From: Hemiscyllium ocellatum
Lineage: Eukaryota
Assembly (NCBI RefSeq): GCF_020745735.1
Contig: NC_083409.1
Span: 11,773,052 to 11,837,051 of the forward strand
Direction: 5' to 3'
DNA length: 64,000 bases
In this document: positions 24,938 through 38,222 of the stretch, one piece after another
How the letters are laid out: the number at the start of each line of letters is the position of its first letter
How positions within the stretch are numbered: position 1 is the stretch's first letter
The notes under the pieces: generated by a model
What the model was told of the DNA's origin: nothing
Seen by the model: only the letters and a program-made list of their open reading frames with translations
Databases searched by the model: none
Position numbers and translations under genes: made by a program

Positions 24938-24953
24938 GCTGCCCTCTAGTGGC
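24938..24953 (-). promoter_or_regulatory. CTCF consensus site pointing back toward C1
   Basis: Reverse complement GCCACTAGAGGGCAGC matches the CCASYAGRKGGCRS core. Confidence 0.7.
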
Positions 24954-27669
24954 GAGAGAGCGCTTGCACGGCTGCTGAGGATTATGGGTAAAGTCCCCTT
25001 CCATTCGCGCCCACACAAACCAGCAGCCACTTCAGCTGCTTTATTGAAAACCACAAGCTTTCAAGGCGCTGTTCTTTCAACGGTGGAACTGGACGCACGG
25101 TCATACGAATTAGGGACAAATGAAGGAGATTCATCCTCTTCAGCCTGCTCCCCATGGCTGACCTGATTATTCACCTTCTTACCTTACTCTGACAGATTTT
25201 TGATCAGCAATGACTGTCTACTTCTTCACTACAAGCATTCAGAGGTTTCAATTTCAATTCCAAAGACCTATGACCTTTGCAAGAAATCAAAACCCTGCTC
25301 ATCTAGGTCTTAAATGAGGGAACTTATTTTAGTTTTATATTCTCCCTGAAAAGGAAGCATTCTTTTCACATCCACGCTGTATTCTATGCTCTTGTTGATA
25401 TGACATCTGCTTTAATCACCTGCTCTCCCATGAGAACAGCTGCCTATCCTGCCACCTTCAATGACTGATGCACAGAAACATCCAGGTCCTACTGCCCCTA
25501 CACCCATCCATACTTGTACCCTTTAGTTTGTTTTGTCTCTCCATGTTTTCCTTCCAAAATGAATCAGTGACATCTCTTTCTATTAAATTCTATCTGCGAC
25601 CATTTGTTCATTCCATTACCTATACCCTTTTTGAAGTTCGACACTATCTTTTTCATGAGTCGCAGTAGATCCAAGTTTCATACCATCAGCAAATTTTGAA
25701 ACCATGCCTTGTGCACTCAGATTTAAATATTTTAAATAATTTTAGAATGAACTATTTTATAAACTATTGTAAATTAAACCTCAAATTTATTGCCCATCTC
25801 TAGTTGCTTGGACTGAGTTCTGAGCCAGATCATGGGGCCGTTAAGAATGAATCGCGTCACTGTGTGGGACTGGAGTCACAGACCGGGTGATGACTGGGTT
25901 CCCTTGTCCAAACTACATTCATGAACATGACATTGAGTTTCCAGGGTTTTTTTGTTCAGATCCCAGCACCTTCCTTCCCAGATATTACATGGCTCACCAC
26001 TGCCCTCTCCAGGACAATTAGGGAAGTGCAACAAATAGCAGCCATTTTTGTGCCCGCCCATCCCAGGAGAAATCAAAATAAATGAGATACACTTCAAATG
26101 ATCAAACTGGTGAGGCTTGAATTCATCTCTTTGAAAAACTGGAGCCTAGGTGAGAAATACAGCCATGACATGGGTGACCCTGGTTTGTCAGACTGAAAGG
26201 TGGAGTGTCCTTTGGATTGACACTGGGATCAGACACAAAATGAATTACACTCAAAGACCGAACACACGGCTATCAAAGCGGGTCACCAAAGTGCAAAGAG
26301 CAGCAATTTATCTGGGAGACCTCAACAGGTATCAGTGGGTGTAAGTGCTTTCGGCAGGCAAGTGTCAGATATTGTAGAACACACCAGAAACACAGTCACA
26401 CAGAAAGGGAAGCTATTGGGATAGAGCAGGGAAACAGGAATAACTGAATTTCTCCACTGAGAGCTGGAAGAGGTTTTCTCGGTTGTAACTCCTCTGAGAA
26501 TGATAAAGCTTGAAGGGCTGTTTATTTTATAGACAATACTGCAGCGCGCAAGAAAGGATGGGGAGTGACAGATCTCCTCTAAATTGGAAACAATATCAGA
26601 AATAAAGGTCAATGTGATTTTGGATTGAATATTGAGAGTAAGGAGATGGAGGGGAGAGTGACCATGGCAGCTGTCCTGAAGAATGGTTAGGTCATGGCTA
26701 GAATGGTGCACAGTTAGAGGCTGCTTTGAGGGACAATACATAGTGGGACATGGACAGGGGATCTAGGGTCACCAGAGATGTGCAGGATAGCAAATGGAAA
26801 ATGCCATGGAAAATGCAGGATTACAGGGATAGGTCGGGTAGGTGTGGGTCGGGGTGGGGTGACCTTCAAAGGGTCTGTATGAGCTTGCTGGACTGTGTGG
26901 CCTGCTTCCACTCTGTAGGAATTCCTCGATTCTGTGATTCTATGAAGGCCAGAACAGGATCTCAACAGTGGAGGGAGGGTATTCTGATGTTCAAAAATTC
27001 TGAAACAAATAAACACAGTAAATGTAGATTTATCGTCAGTGCAGACAAACTGAAAGGCAAAATGACTTATTCTCCAGTCATATACCAGGTACAGAAAATA
27101 GATCAGGAAAAATATTTTGTTGCAATTATTGGAACTTAATGATGAATGATGATAAACAGAGTGCTCCATTCAAAAAAAGACAGAATTACTTTTTAGAATT
27201 TCAACAGGCCTGAAGCAAAAGAGGAAATCAGGATCAAATAGTCATTTGAGAATATAGTACTTGAGTGAGACAAAGCTCTTCTTGTGAAAGCATTTCATTT
27301 TGCCTTGCTTTCTCTCCATGGATGCTGCCTGACCCGCTGGGATCTCCAGAGTTTTGCTGTGCAATTTCTTACAAAATGTCTTGTTGTGTGCAAGACAAAA
27401 GCTTTGACAAAATGTCTCTTTTTTTTCAGCAACACTTGAATTTGGATCAGTTTGGAGAGAAAGCAGGGCCATGGAATCATCTTTCCCTGCAGGGAGGGAG
27501 GGAGTGTGTGTGGAATCTCCCATGGGCAGGGTTCTCCTGGCTGCCACCACATCAGGAAGGCTGGAGCTTGATGATCGAGCTGAATGGACAGGGCTCACTC
27601 TCACAGTCCTCAGGGCCATGGAGTCTCTTGTGATGGGAGCATCTGCTTGGTGTCAGGGCAGACAATGAC

Positions 27670-28490
27670 ATTGCAGTGGGATTGGAAATGGGACAACTCG
27701 ACAATGGATGCTGCACAATGGCTGCACTGCTTCTTCCCCTCTGCCTGATCCCTCCCCACACACAGGAGAAGTTGCATTAGGAACCTGTTCTAAAGGGCTA
27801 CAACCCACTGCAGCACTCCCAATCTGCAAAGAGAAGAACACTTCTACAAAGACTTTGCCAAGAACAGATATTCCCGCAACTTCATCCACAGATGCAAACA
27901 ACGCGATGAGGGTATGCCACGACCTAACTCACTAGCCACACTACCTTATATAAAAACATCACAGAACTCCAACCACTCATAAACTGCCCAGAAACTGACA
28001 GCCACGCTCAGACAACCCACGAGAACAAAAGGCCCATACCCACCGTGTGAAAGACAGATGTAATTTACAAGAATCCATGCAACGTTTGCACGAAACACCT
28101 CGGACAAACAGGCAGACAACTAGCCATGCACATCCATGAACACCAACGAGCCACTAAACCCCATGAGCAGCTGTCCCGAGTAGCTATACACACAGATGAC
28201 AAGGACCACAAATTCGACTGGGCCAACACTATGATCATAGGACAAGCTCAACAGAGGACAGCCAGAGAATTTCTAGAGGCATGACACTTATCCATGGGCT
28301 CCATCAATAAGCACATTGACCTAGACCCAGTATACCGACCACTGCAATGAACATCAGGAACCAATAACTGGAAACAGCAGGAATGGAACCAAATAAGTTC
28401 CAGAAGACACAGCACAACAGCACTTCACAGGAAGCTCCAAAGCTCTGAAGATGTCACCGAGACACGGGACAAAATGTTTACAAATCAACT
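27670..28490 (+). mobile_element. Penelope-like element 3' remnant (GIY-YIG)
   Basis: Translation near 28055-28290: TDVIYKNPCNVCTKHLGQTGRQLAMHIHEHQ...HKFDWANT..AREFLEA. Confidence 0.8.
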
Positions 28491-28899
28491 TCCCAGCTCA
28501 GTGGGCATACCCACAACTACAGCAAGGGGTGGGGGGGGGGGGGGTTCCTGTCCTACAGTGCTCTCCAAATCCTTACCTGCCATCTTCATAGTCAGATATT
28601 CATGCCCCTTACTACACATGGAATTGGACTGCCTGGTCCTGAGGCTTATAACATCCTTCTGGGACAAAGTCTCCAGGTATCTCTGCACCTCCCTGATGTG
28701 TCACCAATACTTTCAACTTAGCCTCCAGTCCAAACACTCTGTGTGGGAGTTGTTGTAGATTTATACATTCACTACAGATGTATTTAACCTGAGTCACTTT
28801 AACTCAATAAAGAAATGTTGATCCCATTTACAAATGAAAGATATCCATTCCTCTATTAAACCAGTAATTGTCTTCAGTATCTGAATTAAAGTTTTAGTG

Positions 28900-29600
28900 C
28901 TTTCCATTTATTGACCCTCCCGAATTGGGGTGTCCCGAAGCAGTACAAGATGACATGAGGATATAGATGGGCTGGGAGGGTCCGATGGGCTGATCAGTAA
29001 CAAGTGGAATTCTTTCAGATAAATGTGAGTCAGTGGACTGAGCTCCCCCTGACCATGTGAGTGAGGTGAGGGCAGAGTGACAGCACTTGACATCAAGGCC
29101 TGAGCAATGCAGCAGTTTTTCACCTGCTATTCCAGGGAAGGGATCAACATCGGGATCCCTCCGAGCAACTCCTGGGAATTCTGTCATCCCAAAGGGACAC
29201 GTCCTCCTCTTCAGTTCCCACAACCAGCAGCAAGTCAGCCACACACTGTGCAAACTGTTTGGGGGAGCTGACCTGAACTCTCACAGCCCTGTGCCACTCT
29301 CTGCTGGAAGATGGAGAGACTATTGGGGAACCCTTGGCACAGGCAGCTCCATCAATATTGTTGGTCTTTAAATGTGAAGGTGAACTTGTCCTGGTCCTCA
29401 GCCTTCCCTGACCCGATATGGACCAGAACATGTTCAAAATGACCAACTGTGTAATGACCCACTGCCAGTCCGACAGCAATGAGCCAATCTGCTCTGAACA
29501 CTCCCTGAGTGAGCTCACTCCATTATGTTCAGATACACTGCCATTGAGTGCCCAGGGAGCCCACCCTTCCACTCTCTGGTTTTGATAGCCCTCCCATCAC
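28900..29600 (-). mobile_element. Decayed endogenous retrovirus pol (RT) fragment
   Basis: With two frameshifts: LVILNMFWSI/EDQDKFTFTFKDQQY*WSCLCQGFPNSLSIFQQ/QCVADLLL, matching retroviral RT motifs LD..xxFWSI, FAFT..QY.W..LPQGF.NSP..F and QYVDDLLL. Confidence 0.7.
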
Positions 29601-30135
29601 AGAGACCCCCAGGAACCCCTTCAGTTCGTTCTCCACTGGAGGGGGCTGGTCTCAGTGGTTTTGATGGATGCATCTGTGGGTGAGATATAATGATATATAA
29701 CTCAATATGTTCCCTATTCCCCACCCACACACGTATGGACACAAGCTCTTCTCCATTCATCAGGCACAGGTATTCAGGATGGGTACTGCCCCTTCAGAGC
29801 ACCCCCATGGTGGATGGAGGGTTATGGAGTGAAAGGTACCCTCCCCACTCTGGGTTTGGACCTTCCCCATCTACACTCTGAGTTCAGCTCACTCTCAACA
29901 TGATTCTTCGTTCTTTCTAAACTCCAACATACCTTCCTTCTTTACTCCATTTATTGGGGATGATTTTCTCAGGGCCCTGCATTCCTGCTGAAAGTGCCCC
30001 TTCTGTCCCTAACTGTAGTAATGCCCTCCTGCTCCCGGGACCCCATTGCCCTCTCTATTCTCCCCCTCGTGTTCCGTGCCTTGAGGGTGAAGGTTAACAC
30101 TTCACACACCCTTTCCCTGAGGCTTCAGCTCGGGC

Positions 30136-31140
30136 CATTTCCAAAGCACACACAGAGACAGAGACTGAATCTTCTTCATCTTTATTCCCTTTTCCAGATT
30201 GACATTGACAGAAAACAGACTGCAATTAACAGCCCAGACAGAGGAAGCTGCTCAAATTCACAGCCACAATGGAGCTTGAGGAAAACACTTGTGGAGATTT
30301 TCTCAATAACCTGAGAATCCTGTCCCTTTAAACAGTGACTAAACCTTAAATTGGAACTGGCGGCTGAGCAGGAAGGAGATCTGGTTTACTGAAGCAGAGA
30401 CTTCTGAGGTTCACATTGTTTTTATACAGCTCACAGTTTTCAATCTTTGAAAGGTTATGCTTGTTATTACAACTCAACACTGTCCCCAACAAACAGTCTC
30501 CTGGACAGGGACAGAATAGGGTCAGATACAGAGTAAAGCTCTTTCCGTACTGTTCCCACCAAAACACCCAGGACAGGGACAGGATAAGAAACAGAATAAA
30601 GCTGTCTCCACACTGTCCTCGTCAAACACTCCCAGGACAGGGACAGCACTGTTTGGGTACAGAGTGAAGCTCTCTCTACAGTGTCACAGTCACAGTAACC
30701 TGCGTTAACCCCTGAACCTCAGAGTCTCCCAGAGGCCAGTCTCAAGAAGGAAGAGAGTTGAAATTCAGTGCTGACAATGACCTTTGTCCTGCCAGCTCAG
30801 CCCTGTTCTATTTAAAGTTGTGTCTCCTCTGTGGACTGTCTCAAACACACTACACACATTCTGATCTCCTGGTGCTCTTGCTGAGGGGAGAGGGGAGGGT
30901 CACGTGGGTGAGGACACAGGAGAATGAGCGTTGGACCGCAGAAGTATCAGTTTGAATATTTGTATCGGATACCTAACAAACCCGATGTTTTTTAAATTCC
31001 TTTTTGATTGTGGACATTGAAGTCCCCCACCCAGAGTACAGTCTGTGCCCTCACTACCCTCAGAGCTTCCTCCAAGTGCTGTTCAACATGGAGGAGAGAC
31101 TGACTCATCAGCCGAGGGCGGACAGAACATGGTCATCACC
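30136..31140 (-). pseudogene. IGKC: Ckappa remnant C2: 3' UTR with AATAAA (30181-30186), last ~87 nt of exon (30850-30936) and a piece of upstream intron
   Basis: Reverse complement encodes ..FSCVLTHVTLPSPLSKSTRRSECV*; it is joined directly to intron sequence homologous to 44262 onward, so the acceptor and most of the exon are missing. Confidence 0.9.
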
Positions 31141-31439
31141 AGAGGTTTCACAGAATCAGAGAATCATACAGTGTAGAAGAGGTCCCTCATCTGATCATGT
31201 CTGTCCCACCAAGGCAAAACTAAAGCTACTCTCCATCAGCTTTCCAGAACTGGGTCCAAAGCATTGAATGTTCGGATATTTCAGGTGCCCATCCAGGTTT
31301 TTTTTAAAAGGTATATTTGTTAAATATTGACCAGGACACCATGGGGATCTGCTCTGCTCTTCTAATAGTGTCATGGCATCTTCTACTGCCCCCTGAGAGG
31401 GCAGACATCAGAACATCCCATCTGAAAGATAGTCTTTGA

Positions 31440-31712
31440 GCACTGAACCTCTGACAGTGTTGCACTCCCTCAGTATTGACACACCAGCAGTGCAGCACTC
31501 CCTCAGCATGAAATATCTGATAGTGCAGCACTCTCACGGTACTGACTTTCTGACAGTGCGGCATTCCCTCAGTACGAACCCTCTGACAGTGTGGCACTGT
31601 CTCAGTACTGACCTTCTGACAGTGCAGCACTCCCTCAGTACTGACCCATCATTAGGGCAACATTCCCTCAGTACTGACCCTCTGACAGTGCTGCACTCCC
31701 TCAGCGCTGCAC
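31440..31712. repeat. 33-bp tandem repeat, ~8-9 degenerate units
   Basis: Unit CACTCCCTCAGTACTGACCCTCTGACAGTGCAG; starts at 31628, 31661 and 31694 are 33 nt apart. Confidence 0.85.
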
Positions 31713-34689
31713 TGCACTCTCGGCCTTGACAATTTGCTTCAGTGATAGAATCACGTAATGATGGAATCTGTACAATGTTGAAGCAGGCCATTCACCCCAA
31801 TGAGTTCACACCAATCCTCCGAAGAGCATCCCACCCAGATCTAAACCACTGCACTATCCCTGCAACCTGCATTTCCCAATGGCTCATCCACCCAGTCTGC
31901 TACATTGTGAGTGTGAGGGGAGAGTGCTCCCCACTGAGACCAGGTTGATACCTCCCAGTCCAATGGCCTGCCTTGCTTCCCAATCCCAGCCCAAACTTGG
32001 AGGAATGAGACCACCTGGGGAGGCTCGAGATGTTTCCCAGCCAGAGATAGTGCCTTCAGGAGAGAGATGGTGAACAGATGATAGGGGCAGCGGGCAGGGG
32101 GGTCTGTTGTCTTGAGGTGGGGTGTAGGACACATTGAAGCAGGCGATGGCAGGTGCTGAACCCTTTCCCCAGAAAGAGTTTGTAAGTTGATGGGTGAAAG
32201 TAGCGGGGGGGGGGGGCACTAGAGTAATCTTTTGTTGCTGCTGAAACTCTTGCTGCCTGCTCAGTCACGTCTGAGAGACACACAGACACATCAGACACAC
32301 AGGAGGCAGCTTTCTGTGGATGTTCTCCTGGGGCAGGTCTCATCAATCATGGAGCTATGGTCAGTAACAGTGTAAGCTGTGCGGCCCTGAAAGCCTGAGT
32401 CTGCAACTCAGCTCAGAAGGACATCAGCTCATTCGTCAAACCTGGTTCTGTCCCTCTGCAGCCTAGCCGGTCTGCCTGTGCCTTTTCACCACTCCCAGGT
32501 TTTCCCTTGTGTTACAGCTCATTCTCCTGAGGGACAGCTGTACTAAGGCCCAGTGGAGTGGACTCGATGGGCCGAATGGCCTTACTTCCACTCCAAGTCT
32601 CATGATCTTGTTACTCTGTCAGATCCTCAGCAAGAAACTCATGGCTAACCATCGCCCTCTCCAGGATAGTTAGGGAAGGACAATAAATAGCAGACACGTC
32701 AATGCTCTCCCCATCCCAGGAGTAATCAACATAACTGATGGACAATTCAAACAATCAAACTGATGGAAGGTGGTTAACTCAGTCCAGTGATTAAACTTCA
32801 CCTGGTAATTCCTGTATTAAGTTCAAGGTGAAACTATCCTGGTCTCTGCTGAATTTAGATCAATTTTCATTGTTAACTTAATACATTTCCATCTTCATTC
32901 TTTCTCTCCAAACTGATCCCAATTTGAATGTTGCGAAAAACAAAACATTTTGTTGAAGTTTTTTGTCTTGCATTCATCAGGAGAATTTACAAGAAATGCC
33001 ACAGCAAAGGAAAACAATATTTAAACTGGCGTGTTCATAGTGACAACATCTCAACCTATCAGCGCTTTCCTCATATGCAATATCAATGTCATGTTTTTCT
33101 CCTTTGATTGGTACTTTTACAATTATCCTGATGAAGGCAAAATGAAAAGCTGCCAAACACTGGGCATTTTTCAGGCCAGTTCAATATTCTCAAATGACTA
33201 TTTGATCCTAATTTGCTCTTTTGCTTCAGACCTGTTCAAATTCCAAGAAGTAATTCTGTCCCATTTTGAATGGAGGACCCAGTTTACCAGAACTTACTAA
33301 ATTCCAATCTCTGCATCAAAATATTTTTCCTGATCTCCTTCCTGTACCTGGTGAATGACCAGAGAATGTGTCATTTTGCCTTTCTATTTGTCAGTATTGA
33401 CAGTAAATCTACATTTACTGTGTCGATTTCATAAAGAAGTTTTGTTATCAGAATACCATCCCTCCCCCCCTCGAGATCCTATTCTGGTGTTTCCCTGTAA
33501 CCTGGATCCCCTGTCCCTGGACCATTCTGCAATGCCCCTCAATGAAGCTCCTAACTGTACACCATATCCCAGATGTGACCTAACCATTCTTCAGTACAGC
33601 TGTCCTGGCCACTCTCTCCTTACTCTCAATATTCATTCCAAAATCCTGCTGGCTTCACCCATTTTTTTTTTCTGATTTTCTTTCCCAATTTTAAGTATTT
33701 ATGTTGCTCAACATCCTTTCTTGCCCACTGCTGTACATTGTTTACAATATGAGCTGCATTTCATCCTTTAACGTTCTGAGTCATTACAACCAGGAAAGCT
33801 GTCAACAGAAAAAATCAATTAATCCCATTGCCCTGCTCTATCCCAACAGCTTCAATGTATTTATGGTGCATTCAATGGCATCTGACACTTGTCTGTCTTA
33901 CCCTCTTACACCCACTAATGGCTTTCTCTTGTGTTCTTCCTGACAAATTGCTGTTTATTGCAGTTTGGTGACACACTTTGGTAGCCGTTTGTTCGGTCTT
34001 TGAGTGTAACTCATTTTGTGCCTGATCCGTAGGGGACTCCACCTTGCAATTTAAAAATGCAGGCTCACCCATATCATGGCCGATGCTCCAGTCTTTAAAA
34101 GCGATGAGTTCAAGCCTCACCAGTTTAATCATTTGAATTGTATGTCATTTATTTTCATTTCTCCTGGGACAGGGCAAGCTTTGATTTGTCTGCTATTTGT
34201 TGTCCTTCCCTAATTGTCCTGGAGAGGGCAGTGGTGAGCAATGTCAAATCTGGAACATAAAACATTACAGCGCAGTACAGGCCCTTTAACCCTCTGTGTT
34301 GCACCGACCTGGGGAACTATTCTCTTCTTCCGCCTGGGAACCCTCCAACCACAAGGGATGAACTCAGATTTCTCCAGTTTCCTCATTTCCCCTCCCCCCA
34401 CCTTGTCTCAGTCGATTCCCTCGAACTCAGCACCACCCTCCTAACCTGCAATCTTCTTCCTGACCTCTCCGTCCCCACCCCACTCCGGCCTATCACCCTC
34501 ACCTTGACCTCCTTCCACCTATCACATCTCCATCGCCCGTCCCCCAAGTCCCTCCTCCCTACCTTTTATCTTAGCCTGCCTGGCACACTCTCCTCATTCC
34601 TGATGAAGGGCTCTGGCCCGAAACGTCGAATTTCCTGTTCCTTGGATGCTGCCTAGCCTGCTGTGCTTTAACCAGCAACACATTTTCAG

Positions 34690-37100
34690 AACTATTCTGA
34701 AGCCCATCTATCCTACACTATTCCATTTTTATCCATATGTTTATCCCGTGACCATTTAATTGCCTTTAGTGTTGGCGAGTCTGCTACTGTTGCAGGCTGT
34801 GCATTCCATGCCCCTACTAGTCTCTGAGTAAAGAAACTACTTCTGACATCTCTCCTATATCTATCACCCCTCAATTTAAACCTATGTCCTCTCAGCATCT
34901 GAGGGAAAAGGCTCTCATTGTCCACCCTATATAACCTTGTGATTATCTTAGTATATCGCAATTAAGACAACTCTCAACCTTCTTCTCTCTAACAAAAACA
35001 GCCACAAGTCCCCCATCCTTTCCTCATAACGCCTTCCCTCCATGCCAGGCAACATCCTAGTATATTTCCTCTGAATTCTTAAATTCCCACATCCTTTTTT
35101 TAATGCGGTGACCACAACTGAATGAAATACTCCAATTGTGGCCACACCAGAGTTTTGTACAGCTGCAACATGATCTCATGGCTCCTAAATCCAATCTCTC
35201 TACCAATAAAAGTTAACCCACCATAAGCCTTCTTAACCACCCTATCAAACTGGATGGCAACTTTCAAGGATCTGTGTACATGGACACTGAGATCTCTCTG
35301 CTCATCTACACTACTAAGCACCTTACCATTAGCCCAGTGCTCTTTATTCCTATTGCTCCTTTCAAAGTGAATCACCTCACATTTTTCTGCATTAAACTCT
35401 GCATTTCCCACCTCTCAGCCCAGCTCTGCAGCTTATCCATGTCTCTGTGTAACCTGCAATATCCTTCAGCACTATCCACAACTCCACAAACCTCAGAGTC
35501 ATCCGCAAATTTATTCACCCATCCTTCTATGCCCTCATTCAGGTAATTTATAAAAATGACAAACAGCAGTGGTCCCAAAAGAAATGTTTGCGTTACACCA
35601 CTAGTAACTAAACTCCAGGATGAACATTATCCATCAATAACCATGTTCTGTCTTCTTTCAGCTAGCCAACTTCTGATAAAACCGCTAAATCACCCTCAAT
35701 CCCATGCCTCTGTATTTTGTGCAATAGTCTATCGTGGGGAACTTTATCCAATGCCTTACTGAAGTGCATATCCACCACATCAACCGCTTTACCCTCATGC
35801 ACCTGTTTGGTCACCTTCTCAAAGAACCCAATAAGGTTTGTGAGACCCGATCTACCGTGTTGACTATCCCTAATCAATTTATTCCTTTCTAGATGATTAT
35901 AAATCCTATCTCTGCTAACCTTTTCCAACATTTTACCCACAACTGAAGTAAGGCTCACTGGTCTATAATTACCAGGGTTGTCTCTACTCCACTTCTTAAA
36001 CAAGGGGACAACATTTGCTATCCTCCAGTCTTCTGGCACTATTCCTATAGACAATGACAACATAAAGATCAAAGGTAAGGTCTCTGTAACCTCCTGGCTT
36101 CCCAGAGAATCCCAGGATAAATCCCACCCAGCCCAGGGGACTTATCTATTTTCACACTTTCCAGAATTGCTAGTACCTCCTCCTTGTGAATGTCAATCCT
36201 GTCAGTCTAGTAGCCTGTATCCCAGTATTCTCCTTGACAACGTTGTCTTTTTCCAGTGTGAATACTGAAGAAAAATATTCATTAGCACTTCCCCATCTCT
36301 TTGCACTCCACGTACAACTTTCTACTACTCTCTTTGATTGGCCCTAATCTTTCTCCAGTCATTCTTTTATTCCTGATATACCTATACAAAGCTTTCGCAT
36401 TATCCTTAATCCTATCCACCAACAACATCTCATGTCCCTTCCTGGCTTCCTAGCTCTCTCTTTTGGTCTTTCCTAGCTAACTTGTAACTCTCAAGCACCC
36501 AAACTGAGCCTTCAGGTCTCATCCTCACATAACCTCCTTCTTCCTCTTGACAAAAGATTCAACTTCTTTCGTAAACCACAGCTCCCTCGCTCGGCCACTT
36601 GCTTCCTGCTTGACAGGTGCATACTTATCAAAGACATGCAGTCGCTGTTCCTTGAATAAGGTCCACATTTCAGTTGTGCCCATCCCCTGCAGTTTCCTTC
36701 CCCGATCCTATTCATCCTAAATCTTGCCTAATCGTATCATAGTAGCCTGACTCCACCAATAACCTTTGCCCTGCAGTATATATCTATCTCTTTCCATTGG
36801 TCTGGTAAACAAAACCAAATTGTGGTCACTATCATCAAAGTGCTCACCTACCTCCAAATCTAATAACTGGCCAGTTTCATTAACCAGCACCAAACCCAAC
36901 GTGGCGTTCCCATTCTGGGAAGGAAGGTGCTGGGATGGGTACAAACAAAAACCATGAAACTCAATGTCATGTTCACAAATGTTCTTTAGGCAAGGGATCC
37001 CAGTCATCACCCGGTCTGTGACCCCAGTCCCACAGTGACATGATTCATTCTTAACGGCCCTATGACCATCCTCAGTAAAGAACTCAGTCCGAGCAGCTGG
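34690..37100 (-). mobile_element. CR1 LINE ORF2 remnant
   Basis: IVPEDWRIANVVPLFKK..PGNYRPVSLTSVVGKMLE..SQHG..DFSKALDKVPH (35662..36072); GPLLFVIFIN..KFADD (35372..35578). Confidence 0.9.
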
Positions 37101-37867
37101 AGATGGCAATAAACATGAGGCTTGTCAATTACATTAATGCCCCGAGAAGGAATAATGCAGCTCTTTGCTGTCTGCCTTTGAGCCTCTGGTCCACCACACT
37201 CTCGCTGTCATGGGTCTCTAATCCTCTCACATTAATTCATTAGATGATGGCAATATGTGGGCGGCACGGTGGCACAGTATTCAATTCCCACCTCAGGCTA
37301 CTCTCTGTGTGGAGTTTGCACATTCTCCCCGTGTCTGCGTGGGTTTCCTCCGGGTGCTCTGGTTTCCTCCCACAATCCAAAAATGTGCAGGTTAGGTGAA
37401 TTGGCCACGCTAAATTGCCCATAGTGTTAGGCGTGGATTTGTTGGGCCGAAGGGCCTGTTTCCACACTGTAAGTAATCTAAAAAAAATGCGTTGAGCTTT
37501 TACTTTGAACTGTCAGGTCTCTTTTCCCATGCCTCTCTCCTCCCACCTCCTTCCAAGCCTTTCACCATATGTTTCCTGTGACAGCCTTGCTGTGCAGAGT
37601 GAAAGCTCTCTGTGTTCTCTGAGCCCTTGCTCTGTCTTGTGTCTGTCTACTCTCCAATGTTCATTTACTCAGGAAGGTAAGTGTTACAGAATTAAGTGGG
37701 AATATGTTCCAGGTCAGCCATGGCCTGACTGACTGACTGGGGAACCAGGCCGAAACAACTGATAATTCATTCCCACTGGAATCCACCGGAATGGCTGCAG
37801 TTTCGTTCAGATGCTCAATGCCCGGGACTTGACGCGTGGTTCTCAGCAGCGGTACCAGCACTCTATA

Positions 37868-37883
37868 GCCACTAGAGGGCAGC
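37868..37883 (+). promoter_or_regulatory. CTCF consensus site pointing back toward C3
   Basis: GCCACTAGAGGGCAGC, identical core to 24938-24953. Confidence 0.7.
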
Positions 37884-38222
37884 TGTTTCACTGTCCCTGA
37901 ACAGAACAAATGAACTGGGGCCCTGCTCGGGTCTAACCGGTTCAATCTGGAGAAATGAGGAGAGAGAGAGGGGGGGGGGGGGGTGGAAAAGCTTCTGAAC
38001 CAGGATATTTATCCCACCCCAATGAAATGTCCTCTGTGATTTGTTTGTCTTCAAAGTGTGTTTTTTTATTCATTCTCTGATACACATAGACAATGTCAGT
38101 ACTGAGTGGGACAAAGTATATTTCCTCCTCCAACCCCTTTCCAACACACCCTCTCCATCTTGTTTTACTCCTTATTGCCTCTTCTACAATTGTCCCTGTT
38201 CCCTCACTCCGCTCCGGTCCCT

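Larger units (their letters stand above)
22600..27250 (+). repeat. Cluster 3' tail module, copy 1 (downstream of C1)
   Basis: Collinear inverted homology to ~33190-39650 and ~46100-49400, e.g. ATCAGAAGTATTCCATTG/CAATGGAATACTTCTGAT and TCAAATAGTCATTTGAGAATA/TATTCTCAAATGACTATTTGA. Confidence 0.85.

Noticed and set aside
26098-26196. Shared short ORF MIKLVRLE(F/L)I..K(D/N)WS in all three tails (also 33872..34132 and 46328..46624)
   Set aside because: Differences in the first 16 codons of copies 1 and 2 are mostly non-synonymous (4 versus 1), copy 1 stops early and copy 3 has a frameshifting duplication; this is paralogous non-coding DNA.
31440-31712. 33-bp array resembling a CRISPR
   Set aside because: Units are head-to-tail with no unique spacers, there are no cas genes, and the context is vertebrate.
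36915-36953. Perfect nonamer ACAAAAACC at 36945-36953
   Set aside because: No heptamer 12 or 23 nt upstream; it lies inside a CR1 remnant.
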